Positions 31,473-44,947 of a DNA stretch of 64,000 nucleotides are shown piece by piece. Every line of letters starts with the position of its first letter. Position 1 is the first letter of the stretch. Source of the DNA: Penicillus capitatus (lineage: Eukaryota > Plantae > Chlorophyta); contig OZ287719.1 of assembly GCA_965649825.1 (NCBI GenBank), positions 1 to 64,000 of the forward strand. Direction: 5' to 3'. The notes under the pieces are model-generated. The model worked only from the letters and a program-made list of their open reading frames with translations. It had not been told where the DNA came from and searched no databases. The position numbers were made by a program, and so were the translations under genes.

Positions 31473-33299
31473 ATGATCGCGAGCAGGAGACGCGTGTCGC
31501 TGGACAGGGAGCAGGAGCTGAGGCGTCAGTATGGCAATCGGGAGATGGCCGTGGTCGATGCCTCGGCGTTGCCTTACCATGTATTCGTCACTGAGTTCAT
31601 GGCACAGAATCGACCGATCTGTATCAAGGTGCCGTACCGATGGCACTTATCTCTGTGATGTGTGTGACAGGGATGTATGGAAGGATGGAGGGCGTGCCGA
31701 GATTGGGTGGATCGCCAAGGGGATATCGCGATCGATGCCTTGCGACGTGAGTGTCCCAACGTCCCCGTCTCCATCGCACGCACCGACCGGTGAATGACCT
31801 GACCCATGGGTCGGTGTGAGCTGACCATGGTGATGGAGTCTTGTAGGATGCATGTGATGCAAGGAAAGTGTGAGACGATGTATCTCCACGCGTATTTTGA
31901 CTGGTGGGAGCGTCGCGACGCGGTCACTCCGGCGGATCGTTATCTGAAGGACTGGCACTGTGCCCAGCTGCTCAAAGATCGTCCAGTACATGCAACGTTC
32001 TCACTCTTCGGTCACACAATACATTGTGCTTCGAGTTCTATACCGTTCCGGAATATTTTCGAGAGGATTGGCTGAGTCCATACTACGAGCACCGCAGCGC
32101 AACACGCACGTCGACTGCCGATGATGGTCGGTCACACTTTTGCTAGACGATCGCACGCAATGCGTGAGAGAGTTGTGGGTGGAGGGGACGATGCTTTGCG
32201 GACGGGAGATTACCGATTTGTGTATCTGGGGCCGAAAGATTCGTGGACGCCCATGCATGCCGACGTGCTGCGTTCCTACAGCTGGTCCGCCAACATCTCC
32301 GGCCACAAAATGTCACTCTTTCGCTCTTTCGCTGATGGGACGCCGTCACGTATGGTAGGCGGGCGCTCTCAGATGGAAGCTGCTCCCGCCGGAGCTCACT
32401 TTCCTCCTCTATGATGTGACGGGCCGCCAACTGGCGCCAGATTTTGTCCTCGATGGCATCCAGGGAATCGATCAACAAGATTACGTCAATCTCCCTCTTG
32501 CAGCGGATCTCGCCATCGAAATCCATCAAGTACGTGATGTGACGTGCCTCTTGCGGCCGAATCGGCGTGATCGAGGGTCCCGGAGAGTGTCTGTTCGTTC
32601 CGAGTGGCTGGCATCATGTGGTGTACAATACCACCGATGTTCTATCGATTAACGAAAACTGGATCAACGCTTTCAACTGCCATTGGAGTTGGGAACTGAT
32701 CCACCAAACTTACTTCCACGCGCAGCATCAGCTCTCGGATTGCCGGTGCGATCTCTATGAGACGACGTCATACACATCGCCGTCCTGTTCAGCGACGGCT
32801 GCTGCCCGACAGAATTTGAGCATCTGGTTCAGCGACTCATCGAAGCGGACTGCAGCATGAGTTTCGCCGACTTCTTGGAGTTCCTCTGTTTTGCTCTTGA
32901 GCAAGAAACGGACCGTCTGCAGCAAGCCGCCGTCGACCACCGTATCCATCCCTATCCTTTCCCCTTCCCCAAACGCATCCGGCTTTTCTAGATGGCGGCG
33001 GCGATGCCTGGGAGGCGATACGATCCTGGTCGCAACTCATCTGGCATCGCACCGATCACGTTCTCACACATCTCACGCATTTCTTAAGTCAGCCCTTTCA
33101 CCCTCGATCCAACCATATACACCGATGTACACTGTGCAGATGTCAAACGCGAGATCGAGCATCGTGGTGAGCATAACGATGTCACGCAGTCGTGGTCATG
33201 GGTTCCGTCTTTGCACAAAACACAAGAACTCCACGAGTGGCTTCTCACTCTTCTCACTTTTTCTTCCTCGCCGTCAGGTTCGCATCACCGACCCGTATG
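31473..33299 (+). CDS. JMJD4: JmjC-domain 2OG-Fe(II) oxygenase, JMJD4-like; ends approximate
   Basis: YLKDWH, DYRFVYLGPKDSWTPMHADVLRSYSWSAN, GECLFVPSGWHHVVYN...SINENW. Confidence 0.88.
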
Positions 33300-33636
33300 A
33301 TGTGACGTCTCGCCGTGCTCTGGTTTCTCTTGCAGGCTCAGATGGTGCATGATATCTCTCAGCTGCTGCTTCCCCCGTTGCACCGTTCTGTGTCGCCTAT
33401 GCGGTCGCGTCCGCACTCCTCTGCGCAGTTTCGGACGCCGACGCATCTGCCCCTTTACCCCCAACGTCTCTTCCAGCGCCTTCCTCAACTCCGTCATTAT
33501 GAAAACGGACTTTTTATTTTTGCCCTTCTTTTGGATCTTCTTCTCCGTCGCGACGGTCTTGAGCCGGTCGCGTCTTTGGCGTTTCTTTTGTTTCTTGCCC
33601 ATTGTCCAGCGAAATGGAATTATCGAACGGACGATC

Positions 33637-36600
33637 ATGAACCCGTATGTCGATGAAGAAGACCTTTTGGGTTTTCACGTTTTCGTCGCCGAGTTGGAAC
33701 TGGTGACGGCGGCGCGACGCGATGGCGCCTTCGATGAGGTCGCTCTGCTAGAGCTTCTTCAAAAGCTGCTCCTCTCAGTCGACCATACCGACCTCAAAGT
33801 CGTCAAAGAATACCAGCGACGCTGCGAACAGTCCCTCATCGCCCTCCTCTTACGCGGGCCTTGCGCCGAAGTAGACACTCCTGTCACATCACAGCATCCA
33901 CAGGCCCTGCCCTTAGGTCCGGCACCTCATCGCCGTCACACTGTCCAAACTCTATGACGTGGCCGACCGTCTCCCACTGTTCTCGCAAATCAACACCCTC
34001 CAAGGCATTCTGCTCTCCAAAGATGCCTTCGGCAAGAAAATCTCAGAAGTGAGGGTGGGATGGGAATGTGGGGAGGTGATGGGTGTGTTGCGTAGAATGC
34101 GAAGTTGGGTATGTTGAATGCGGTGACCTTGCTCTGCAAAGATCACGGGACACATGTGGTCTCCTCACTTCCTGCCCTCATATCGACGGGCGTGAAGCAT
34201 GCTCAACGATCCCCTGGCACGCCAGCCATACGCATTGCGGCGTCAACACTCGTTTCTGTCGCCCTTTGTGCTCTGGCAAACGATCCACGGCACGCTGTCA
34301 CATCACAAGCGGGATCTTTGAAACTCGCTGAACGTCACATCAAAGTGATCGGTCTCACTCTTTTGCATCGGCCTGAAGTGGACGTGGATGTGGAAAACAG
34401 ACAGGAAAGAGTGAGGAGATACGGATAGCGGGACTACGTATGATTCGGGCGGTCGGTCGAGCGGGAGCGGCGGCGTTGTGGCTGCTCGGTGGTGCTCCCT
34501 ATGAAGAGATTTTCAAACTCGTTCTTCAGTCCTTAAGTGACCCCTCTGCCGTATCTATGCCTGCTCACTCTTTCCGCCCACGTCACATCACTCTTTGTGC
34601 TTAGTCTGTTCGGAATGCCTGCAGCGAAGCGCTCGGCGAATTGGTGGCTGTCTTGAAATCTCCTGTTCTGCAAGAAGCTGTCGAGAAGGAGGCAAAGGAA
34701 AACAAAAAACAGAGTCTACAACGCCTCGCTGCCCGATCCTTCTCTGACGCCCTATCTCACACTTTCTGCGAATCTGCACTTCTTAACAAACGGGTGGGCA
34801 TCTTTGAAGCACTCCATCGAGCAAAAGAGTGAGGCCCACGTGTCTGTCTCTAGTCCATATGTGTGGTCGTTGCCAAATCATGGGTCTCTTATCTCTCTGC
34901 TCTGGCCTCCCATGCCACACCAGACGAGAACGATCTCGTACGTTACGCCATCGAGCTCATCAGCATCATGTCCAAGCTCCCGACGCTGCAGCCCGATCTC
35001 AGAGGCAGAGAAGCAGCCGATCTGTCCATCGAAGTGGGTCATGGACTGGCCACAGGAGAGTTCCCAATGGCACAAGCTTGTATCCTCTACGCTCTGAGGA
35101 CAGGCGTCTTCCGTGCCACCTCCGAATCTGGTCAGCGCAAACTGGTGGATCAGTTGAGCATCTTGTTGGCAAGTGTCTTGGGGAACTGCGTCCCGGTCGC
35201 CGTCTGCAGTTTGGAAGGCATTCGTGTGCTGCTGAGTTTCTTGGGAGAGGTCTCGCCCGAGACGGCCTCGGATCTTGGGATCACCTTTATGGAGAAGCTC
35301 GTATCGAACAGCGCCGCCGTCCGTGCCCAGGCGGCGGCTGCACTGGGCAGTCTTGTTCGTGCCGATTCAGCCTGTGCCGCGACGTTGATCACGAGCTGCA
35401 TCGAATTTCTGAAAAACCAAGTGGAGCAACTGACATCCCTCTCGGCACGTTACGGCGCCATGCATCCACTGCCTGGCAACTTTGTCCCCCAGGTTCCCGA
35501 AGTCTACTCCCTGCCCGAAGATGCCGTCAAAAAATCACAAGACTCCAGAGTACGAGAGGCCATGCACGCAGTGTATGGCTATGCCACAGGATTGGCAGCT
35601 CTGTTGGTGTCCTCCTCGACGACCTTCCTCAACGTGCCTTCCAAACTGTTCACGGAGGCCTACGACTATGCCTCGCAACTCATCCGGGCGCCGCAATCTA
35701 CCGTGGCCAATTCCTGGGCCATCGAAATGAAGGCAGGGTATTGCATCTTGGGTGCGCTCTGCGTTGCCATGCCGCCTCCTCTGCTGACTTCCAAAGGCGA
35801 TCTGCTTGAGCTTTTTGAGCCGGCGCTGGGATCTTCTGCCCAGGCGCTTATCCTCAACAAAGGACTGCAGAAATCTGGCAAAGAGATCGATCTGTCGCTG
35901 CAGCTCTGGTGGAGGTCCGAAGGACTGTTGGCCCTCGAAGTCTACATCCGTTCCATTCTTGATCACTCCTCATCGCACACATCCAAACAACAGACCCAGC
36001 ACATTGTCACTCTACTGGCGCCTCTGCTGGATGGACTCGCATCGAGCGAAGATCTCAGAGATCCGCAACAGGTGAATGGAGGACCTGGTGGATGGACGGC
36101 TGGTACACTGGCCTACCTGCAACTGCGTTTGCTCGCCATTTTCTGTCTGCTGCCAGAATGCAGCGTCGACACACAGCCGCACACACATCTGGTGAAACTC
36201 TGTTCTCAGCCGTTCGCCCCGGCCACCTCACTCCTCAATGCATCGAACACAGCCAGCTCTGTCAGCAGTGTCCTTCTCAGAAGTGTCCTGGAAAACGGCG
36301 ACAGTCATTTAGGTCCGTGGTCGATGGAAGAGGAGCCGATTGAAGAGAAACTCCAGCAGATGACGGGAGAACGAGGCGCCCCACATTATGCTGGATGGGA
36401 ATGTGGTCTGTCCGTTTGGGGCACATCGATGACCCACGTGTCCGAATCTGTGAAGAAACTGGACATCGAGCCGGCACCGTTTCCGCAGTACACATCTCTG
36501 GCCGTCAGCCTCGTCCAACACCAAGTCACCGTCTTTGGAAAGCTCCTCAATGTTGCCACGCTCTCTGGCAGAATGCGGCTGCTGGAGCGACTCATCTCTT

Positions 36601-39600
36601 GTGCTCAAGATGCCAAGTTCATCAAGAATAGTGCGCTGCAGCAGGCGCTCCTCTCGGCCGTTTGCTTTGCTGTCTTGACAGGGTTTGATAAATCGCGTAG
36701 CTGCTCTGAAGCGAATGATGTTGCTAAGAAAGTGATGGAGCTCGCGATGGCGCTCGTCGATAGCGGCGTCCAATATCCAGCTGTGCTGCGTGGGGCAGCG
36801 GAAATTTCGACCGTTGCTGCGCATCTGGCAGACGATGCCTTTGTGCTGAGGTTGGCCAAACAGTTCTGTACCGATCTTCTCTCTGCCACCTCCAATCCAG
36901 ATCGCCAGCTCTTCTTGCTGCTGTCCGTGGGGTCCCTCTTTCGTTCCAAAGGCGGCATGTGTCTCCAAACGGTCCTCCCTGGTGCCGCAAAGCTCCTTTT
37001 CAACTGCATCCAGAAATCCACTGGCAATGTCCGACGCTGGGCATTGCACAGTCTCTATCTCGTTGCCGCTTCCGCCGGATTAACATTCATGCCGTTCGTG
37101 GGAACGACGCTCGAATTGTGTGAGCAGCTCCTGACGAGTCAGGGAGATGTCGCATCGATGAAGCCTTATCTCGGTCGCCTTGCCAATGCCATGGTGGCAC
37201 TCCTCGGTCCAGAACTCCTCCCCGGCAGCAGAAACTACGTCATCTGCAAATGCCTGATGCGCCAGATGAAGTCGACATCCACAGACGGCAGTTCCGAAGA
37301 CATTCTGGGCTCACTGGAGGTCGTGCTCTATGCCCAACAGCTCATTCTCTTCGCTCCACAATCCGTCCCTGCCAAAAAGCACGTCGCCGTTTTGCTGGAA
37401 TCTCTTTCTCTGCCCCACCCTTCGCTCCGATACACGTCTGCCGTGACATTGAGGCACCTGGCCGAGAGAGATCCACAGGCCGTGTGTCAAGAGTGTATCG
37501 AAAAATCGCTCTTTCTGGCACTGGATGCAGAGAGTGAGGCGCATATCTCCGATGCCTTGCATCGAACGCTCGAAGCGCTGCAGTACGCTCAGTGTCCCGT
37601 TCGTCCCTCTGTCTGGCTCGATGTGTGTTCTTCCATCGTCATGATGAGTCCTCGAGAAATGAAGCAACGCAGCAGAGTGCAGCATCAGGAAGGCAGTTTG
37701 ATGCGAGAGGAGGAATTGGAAGAAGGTGAAGAGCCAGAGAGCGACATCGCTGCCACGACGCCCTCAACGCCACAAGACATGGGTCGTACACCGAGGCTCA
37801 AGACACGCCTCTTTGCCTGCCAGTGTCTCCTGAAGATCTTCGAGGCCGTGGGGCCAGATCCGCTCCATTTTGATCTGATCCGGGCACGGCAGTCGTCAAC
37901 CGGCCACGAATACCTTGTCTGCCAGCTACAGGCATGCTCCGGGCGTTTCTGCGTTTTGGATGACGAGGTGTTGGACTGTTGTGTAGGAGATTGTGCGATT
38001 GGGTTTCAGTTTATCTACGGGACAGGTCGAGGCGTTGCAGCCTGAAGGGATCAAACTGCTCAATGCCGTGATTCTGCATTTTGGCGAGGCGGATGATCCA
38101 GACATGGAAGACATGAAACTGCTTTTCCAATTCCAAGCTCAGTTTGTCTCTCCCCTGCGTCAAGCTCTGGCCCCTGTCGCCCCTCCACTGCTCTTCATGT
38201 CGGGTTCCATGCTCGCCGTCTCCTTCCTACGCTCCGGCCTGGGCGGCAGCGACGCGGCAGTGCTGAAGCAGTTGGTGGGCCTCTTGGTCGAGCCCATTCA
38301 GAACTGGAACCAGTTACGTTATCGTAATTTTTCAGAATGGGTCTCAGCATGTGTCCGCGTTTCGTTACTGGAAGCACACGCACATTGCGCCGTCCTGGCA
38401 GAGAAGGGCCAAGATCCCCTCTGCTCGGAGATTGTGCAAAACGCACAGAAGCCAGTACTGAATCCGCTCAAGATCCTGTGGCTGGGACTGCTCACCGACT
38501 ACACGGTCCTCAATCGATGGAGAAACGAGCTATGGAGTGACTATCAGCCTCTCGTTCTCTGTATGGACAAACACGATGTCCACGCCGCCAAGAAAATCTC
38601 GCTCGATGCTGCATGGCCGATCGTTCTGAGAGCACTGGCGCTTCACGTGCCCTCGGCCGAAGAGATGTTATCAGACAGATCGTCTCCGGAGACGTCGGAA
38701 TCGCTGGCGAATCGCCAGAGCTTCTCCATCGACGCCGACATGGAATTGAAAGCGACAGATATCTACTGGAAACTGCTGGACATCACGACCATCCACCTTG
38801 GAACATCGTCCATGCATGTCATCGAGCAAGCCAAATCGGAAGACGGCTTGGAGCATACTTCACTGGACATCGAACCCATCTGCATCTGTCTGCGTGTGCT
38901 CAAGACATTGCTTGGCACAGAATACATGTCGATGGATCTCTGCCCTGCCAACATCTGCCTCGAAATCGTCGAAATGATCCTGTCCATTGTTCAACAGGTG
39001 GGCGGCTCACATCTTTTCTGGCCTCTTGGATGACGGTCGCTATTGGATTAGGTCATTCATCCCATCGTGTGTTCTCTGTCAAAGGAGGGCGCCACGCAGT
39101 ACAAGCTCTTCTCCGTGGTGCTCTCTGCCAGTGAAGTGCTCCTTGGCGTGGCAACTGGCCTGACAGAATCTTACATCGAACACCCCAACTTCATTGTCAC
39201 ACTCCTAGACTGCATTCTTTGCTGTTCCAGCATTCTATCGCCCTCTGATCTGACGCAGGCAGCAGGTCAAGCGATCCCTCTCGCACCGCGTCTGGGATCT
39301 ACGTGCTATGTAGAGATACAAGGTTTGGAGAGTGGAAGAGGAGATTGCTTGGTATGTGCGCACAGAGTGCTCTTCTCTGCTTCGTGGCTTCTGATCAAAG
39401 ACTGGATCGGAACGTTCGTGCAACATGCCATCCACAGCATTGGTCTGTCTCTTCAGATTCGTCGACATCTGATAGCGACTGTATGTGATGGACTGTAGAT
39501 CACGATATCGTCTCGGACAGCGTTCTGAAATCCGCATCCGAACTGCTGAAGCTGTGTGTGACGCTTTTGACGGAGAACGGAGGAGATGTGATGAACGGAC

Positions 39601-40447
39601 ACGAAACGCTTCGATCGTTCGATCTCGCTGCGTGGACAGTCTTCTCGTTGCTGGATCTCGTCAAAAAGACATCTCGTGCGTTGGAAGAGGCAACAACTGA
39701 AGCAGCGGTCGAATCTCTGCAACACCGGTACCGCCGCCAGAACCTCATCGTCAAGTTTCTGTGGGATTGCTGTGGTACAGGTTGTCATCTCTGTTGACGC
39801 TTGTCTTCGAGATGCTCTCCAGTTTGACGACAGAAGATGAGGATTTCGACGTCGGGGAGTTGCAGGCAGCGTCGATGGCGTTTCTGTCGGAGAGCCTCGA
39901 AGTTTCGAAGCGGACGGAGATACAACTCAGTGTACTGAAATCCCTAAAGACGTTTTTGCAGGAGGCGTCTGTCAAGCGGCCGCCATCGCGTCTCACCTTT
40001 CCTTGCATCGTCGATCTGGGCCCCGTCATCTCATCCCTTGCGCACGAAAAGATGGCCCTCTCTTCTTCACTCCCGCCGCCGCAACTCCTCGTCATCGCAG
40101 AGTGCCTCAAATATCTCATTCTGACGCTGGGATTGCCAGAAGTCGAGGGAAAGGAGGATATCATCTTCCAGATTCTCATCCCCCTGCTGATCGAATCGAT
40201 GGAATGCTCTGACGCTGCATCCCTGACGCAGATGTCTGTGAAACTGGTGACGCATTTGAATGGAGGCAAGCATGCGGCGAGTTTTAAATCGGCTGTCGGA
40301 GTGCTCTCCTCTGATCTGAAGCAGAGGTTTCAGAGAGGTATTCAGTCGGCCGTGGGGGTCGATCTGCAGAAAAGAGACACATCTGCTGCGCCGCATACCG
40401 CAGAACAGAAACCCAGTATCGTCCTTAAGAATTTTTCGACCCGATGA
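33637..40447 (+). CDS. HEATR5: HEAT repeat-containing protein 5 / SWEETIE homolog, multi-exon
   Basis: N-terminus FHVFVAELE...LLQKLL...QRRCEQSLIALL matches the SWEETIE pattern; LGRLANAMVALLGPEL, PRLKTRLFACQCL, FQFQAQFVSPLRQAL. Confidence 0.9.
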
Positions 40448-40704
40448 GACTCCCTTTCTGCTAAAGTGTGACTTTCTAGATCTTATTCCGAGTGGAAAGA
40501 TGTTTATTGTCTGTGAACTATTGTTTATCTACTGTGAGAATGTCGTTGGTGAACAGGTTTTATGCAATAGGCACTTCATATGTAATCGTTGCTCACCGAA
40601 ATTAGAAGATGCATCTACCTGCGCTCTTTTTGAAAACGAAACGTGACTGATGCAACGATAATATCTGTGCCCTGCTTGACAACATATGAACGAAAACAAT
40701 GGAA

Positions 40705-41327
40705 CTCGGTTGACTGCGGCGTGCTGACCTTGAGTTCTGCGATCGCCATGGCTCGACGCGCGTTTTTTCTTTTCTTGAGTGTTTTCGTAGGATATGTGGT
40801 TTTTTCTTTCCCGCGCCAGCGCCGTCTTTCCGCTATCGGTGTGTGTCGTAGCTTGTTGTTTTTTCTTATCTGTTTTCCGTTGCCACTGAAAGCACGCTTC
40901 GGGTGTTCTGCGTGGATTCTTTTCTCAAGAGCCGTGGTCCGTGAATCTCTTGCGTCGGTTACGCCACGAAGCTCTGCTTCGTCGTCAGCTTGTGGAGGAC
41001 GTCGGTGTCCACAAAGGAGAGTGGTAGACTAGACGGTGTGTTACTTCGCTCCACGGGGTTTGAATCCGGCGGTAGGTCTAGTGCGGAGGCGCTGGGAATT
41101 GGTCTAGGAGATGCGGGATAGGTACCGTTGTCGGACGGTTAGATCGCCAAGGAACAGGTTTGTGTCGCTTGTCTTGGGATGCCGACGAGACTGGAAAGCG
41201 CCCATTCGAGACAAGATTCCGATTGTTTTGTTTGCCGGAGGCAACGGAAGAGAGGTTGTGTTCATGAGTCGACTGGTTGCATGGTTCGTGACGGGCATAA
41301 AATGGATAAAGGTTTCGGAAGGTGTTC
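40705..41327 (+). mobile_element. Third, internal fragment of the unclassified repeat element
   Basis: Matches 565-1187 and ends just before the point where the hairpin array would begin. Confidence 0.85.
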
Positions 41328-41334
41328 TGGCTGT

Positions 41335-41610
41335 CGGCGATCGGGCCGGACGAAAGATTCACACAGCGGAAGACTTGTTACAGACTGTTCGGAGCAAGGT
41401 GAAAACAGGTGCGGATTGTCCATTCAAATACCCCTGTGGTGACGTGACATGCCTAGGCAGGTGACTCAGCACCGCTCCAGGACCATAGAACAAGGCCCCT
41501 TTCTGGCCCAAACCCCCCTCTGACAAGACCCCGAACGCCCCTTGGTAGCATGGCCCCCCGTCCAGCCAGACAGTCCCCTCAGTCCATTGCTGGCTCCCAC
41601 ATGACCCATG
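41335..41610 (-). pseudogene. Degenerate coding relic, copy 3 (GTVWLDGGPCYQGAFGVLS...ALFYGPGAVLSHLPRHVT)
   Basis: Reverse-complement similarity to 22850-22980 (shared GGGGTCTTGTCAGA and CACCTGCCTAGG-like blocks). Confidence 0.55.
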
Positions 41611-41654
41611 ATGTCGCCGTCCCATCATCTTGCCGACAGCGAGTATCGCTATAG

Positions 41655-42390
41655 ATTTTGATCGATAACGGCGCCGACGTGGAGGCGACAGACCGGCGCG
41701 ATCAGACGTCGCTTCATGTGGCGGCGCTCGATGATGACGTCGAAACTGCGGAGGTGCCTCCTTGTCTCCGGCAAAGAATGGCGGCGCAAGCACGTCGTTG
41801 CAGGTTTTGTACAAAGGCGGAGCGAATGTCAACGCCGGCGATACTGTCGGAAGGACGCCGCTCTACGATGCCGTGGCGAAGGGGAATCTGCGTGTGGTCC
41901 AAGTGCGTCACTGCATCAAGTGAAAACTTGCCTGTGGTGACGAGCGTTTGTAGTATTTCCTGACGGTCGATGCCGACGTCGAGGCGAGAACTTTGACAAA
42001 AAGGACAGCGCTTCATCAAGCGACACTCTATGGACACGCCGAAATCACACTGGCGAATGAGCGTACGCCCAAAACGATCGAAAACGCGCGTGTCCATCGT
42101 AGGAGCTTATCGACGCCGGAGCCGACGTTGATGCAAAGGACGAGGAATCGCGCACGCCGATCTACGCTGCAGCCAGTTATGGCAACCCGATCCTTGCCGA
42201 GGTGACATCATGCTCTCGCTGTCTGTACCCGATCACATACGGCTATTGCGTTTAGATTCTCACCAACGCCGGCGCAGACACGGATGTGAAGGACCGGGAT
42301 GGAAAGATGCCTTACGATGTCATCTGTATCGACGCCGATCCGCCCTGTTCTGAAACGACCAGGGCTGAACTCGAGTACCTCCTCTCCTGA
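41655..42390 (+). pseudogene. 5'-truncated ankyrin-repeat gene (5 exons visible)
   Basis: 33-codon exons ILIDNGADVEATD..., VLYKGGANVNAGD..., and others; ends GKMPYDVIC...C. No start or signal exon upstream, where repeat fragments lie instead. Confidence 0.75.
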
Positions 42391-43063
42391 ATGCAGCCGG
42401 CGCCTGAAATCGGACGCCTTGGCGGATGGGTTTTCTGTTTTTGTTTGTCTGTTGGATACACGCTTGTTCCATCATGAGAAGAGAACAAGGAGACGGACTG
42501 CGTGAAGTCCTGCCTTCGTCTAACGAACGACCGCCTATTCCTGGTTCAGATTGTCTAATGGTCCAGTTAGTGCGCGCGTATGCGACGAGCAGTCGACACG
42601 AACGGCATCTCGACGCGCGTTGGCGGTGCGTCTGTCAGTAACGCGATAAGAAAGATCCCTCACACAGCCACGTTGTAAACGGGCGTCGCCAAACATGTGC
42701 GAACTCGCGTGGCAGCACGCAGGACAAACATCGCAGCCGACACAAAGGACAAGGGCGAAGAAAAGTGAGGAGTCGTGGATGCGTCGTGTTGCGGGAGGCG
42801 ACTTAATGTGACGGCCACGTGGGACAGCTGCGCATCGAGAGCGTCGTCGATAGACAATCGCGGCGGCGAGGGTATTTCATGGCGCATGCAGCAGCCGATT
42901 GTGTCATTCGGTTTTCGCAGCTGCCTGTGCGTTTGGGCGACACTTTTCGGCAGTCTGTTCAAATCGTCGGGCGAAACATTCCAATCGCGGTGCTGTGATA
43001 GCGAACAGTGCCAGTCCATACATTATCGTCCTTCCTGCCGCTGGCAGCCTCAGCGTCGTCGAC

Positions 43064-43322
43064 ATGAACGCCCAAAGGACGTTTCACATCATCCTTGTCA
43101 TCACGGTGCTCCTGTGTGCATTGATGGACAACGAAGGATACTGTGCAGGCATCCTAGCAAAATGCAAGATGGTGTTGGTCACGACGGTGAGAGGTGTTCT
43201 GTGCCTTATGACGCGATGGTGACATTTTCCTGCAGGTGTGTTGGATTTGGCAGCGGTCGCTTTGCGGGCAAAGTCTGTCTAATGTGGAGAGATGTCGACG
43301 ATGGAAGACGACGTCTCGATAG
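43064..43322 (+). CDS. Putative small secreted Cys/Trp-rich cationic peptide (69 aa, 2 exons)
   Basis: Exon 43064-43186, GTGAG...TGCAG intron 43187-43235, exon 43236-43322; hydrophobic N-terminus FHIILVITVLLCAL. Confidence 0.55.
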
Positions 43323-44947
43323 GACAGTCAGCATTCGCTGAAAAGACTGCGTGGACAGGACGACTGACTAGATGTTAAAACGGTTAATGTAATACTAGAG
43401 CACTGCCACTGTTGCATCCCCGTCACATCTTCGATTCTCGAGTCCGTGAAATGACTTTCATCACACGTCTCCGTAGAGAGAGAGAAGAGAGAATCTGTCT
43501 CGTGTCATCAAGAAACAGCAGAGCATGTCTCTTCCGCCACCATTGACCTCAAGGATTTCTTGTCTGAGCAGAATGAGAGAATACGCACAGGGCGACGACT
43601 TCTTATACAGAAATCAGGACGTTTCCCTAGCATCCTTTGTTCGTCTATGAATTGTGCAGCGTTTTTTCAGTGACTGGTTCTCGGCATGTACAAGGTAGGC
43701 ATCAAATGCGGACGGATTGAGAGATCTGCCTTCCCTCTCGTCGTGTCTACCCGTTGAATGGCTTCCCTTCTGCGTGTTTCGAACAACTCCTTCGCCTCTG
43801 AGAAGAATTGCGAAACGATGCAGATGGATAGGTGGTCAGCGAAGGGCATTTCCACGATGGAATGCCCTATGCAAAGTCGACGCGCAAGGAACACGAAGAG
43901 GAGATTGGATTGATGGACACTTAATGAACTGATTCGTCGGACCGTTTAGCTTCCCGAAGACCGCCAACGCGGAACGGCATGATTTGACAGGTGCTGCAGG
44001 AAACGAGTCTGTTCTCGAGGCATTTGATGCACAAGAGATCGACAAAGAAGGTTTGTCTGTTTTTCTGCTACTGGTGCAGCATGTATTGGTAAAGCAGGCC
44101 GAGATACTCCTTGTCTCCATCGCATAACAGGGAACAGTCTGATGGCCGCGTTCGTTCCTAGATAGGAAAGATGATACTAGAGCACGCAGAGAACTTTGAA
44201 CAGCAACAATGATGCATTCATGACCCGTATCGTCTTCGCCTGTCAGACTTGGCTTTGTTAACGGACAGCAGTTGGAACTGTCGATAAAGGATGGATGCTT
44301 CATCGACACTGCATCTGTTGCTGCATAGAGTCATGGCACCTAACACATCGCAACTGCATCATTCTCCATGAAGCTGTCGGTCTTCAGAGCGACGCAGTGT
44401 TGTACACGAACTGTGTGACACGAGAAGCTGTCCTCAACGGACAGCAGATTCGCCATTCCAACTGTACATCTGCTGCCACACCCATCTGATGTGATGTATA
44501 TTCGAGTAACGAGGGTTTGTTAATCAGGGCGACCACGGAGGACGTCTCCTCTTGAGATAGTGGACAACAGCAATTTCGAAAACGTGTAGATCTTCGGCGT
44601 CCTGGAAAACGATGCCCATGTCGCAGGCGGAAATCGAAACACTACGTGCTCTGCGGAACAAGGACCGTGCAGCATCGGGCTGAGCGACTCGCCAGAGAAT
44701 CAACGTTCCCTATCCCTCATCCCGTGCTGTGGAGAAAGACGTTTGAGGTTATGTCATGCCGAGGCATGCTGCGCGAAAATGCGTGGAGGAGACGCACGGA
44801 TGATGTCCGGTACATTCGTAGGATCGTCAAGGCAGCCTACAAATTCGACCACGCGTCTTTGTCAGTGTCTTGTTTCAAACCTCGCATTCCAGTCCGCGCA
44901 AAACGCTTTGCCTTTACGCCGCATAGACGTTTCGAGGTCGCGTGAAC

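Noticed and set aside
33285-33603. Lys-rich minus-strand ORF (MGKKQKKR...) as a divergent gene
   Set aside because: Its ATG is only about 34 bp from the HEATR5 ATG; it is best explained as the complement of a CT-rich 5' UTR.
43650-44700. Broken frame with CxxC...CxxC (LLCIKCLENRLVSCSTC) as a transposase, or evidence for TAR=Gln code
   Set aside because: Multiple stops and no diagnostic motif. Long genes elsewhere lack internal TAA/TAG and end in them, which indicates the standard code.
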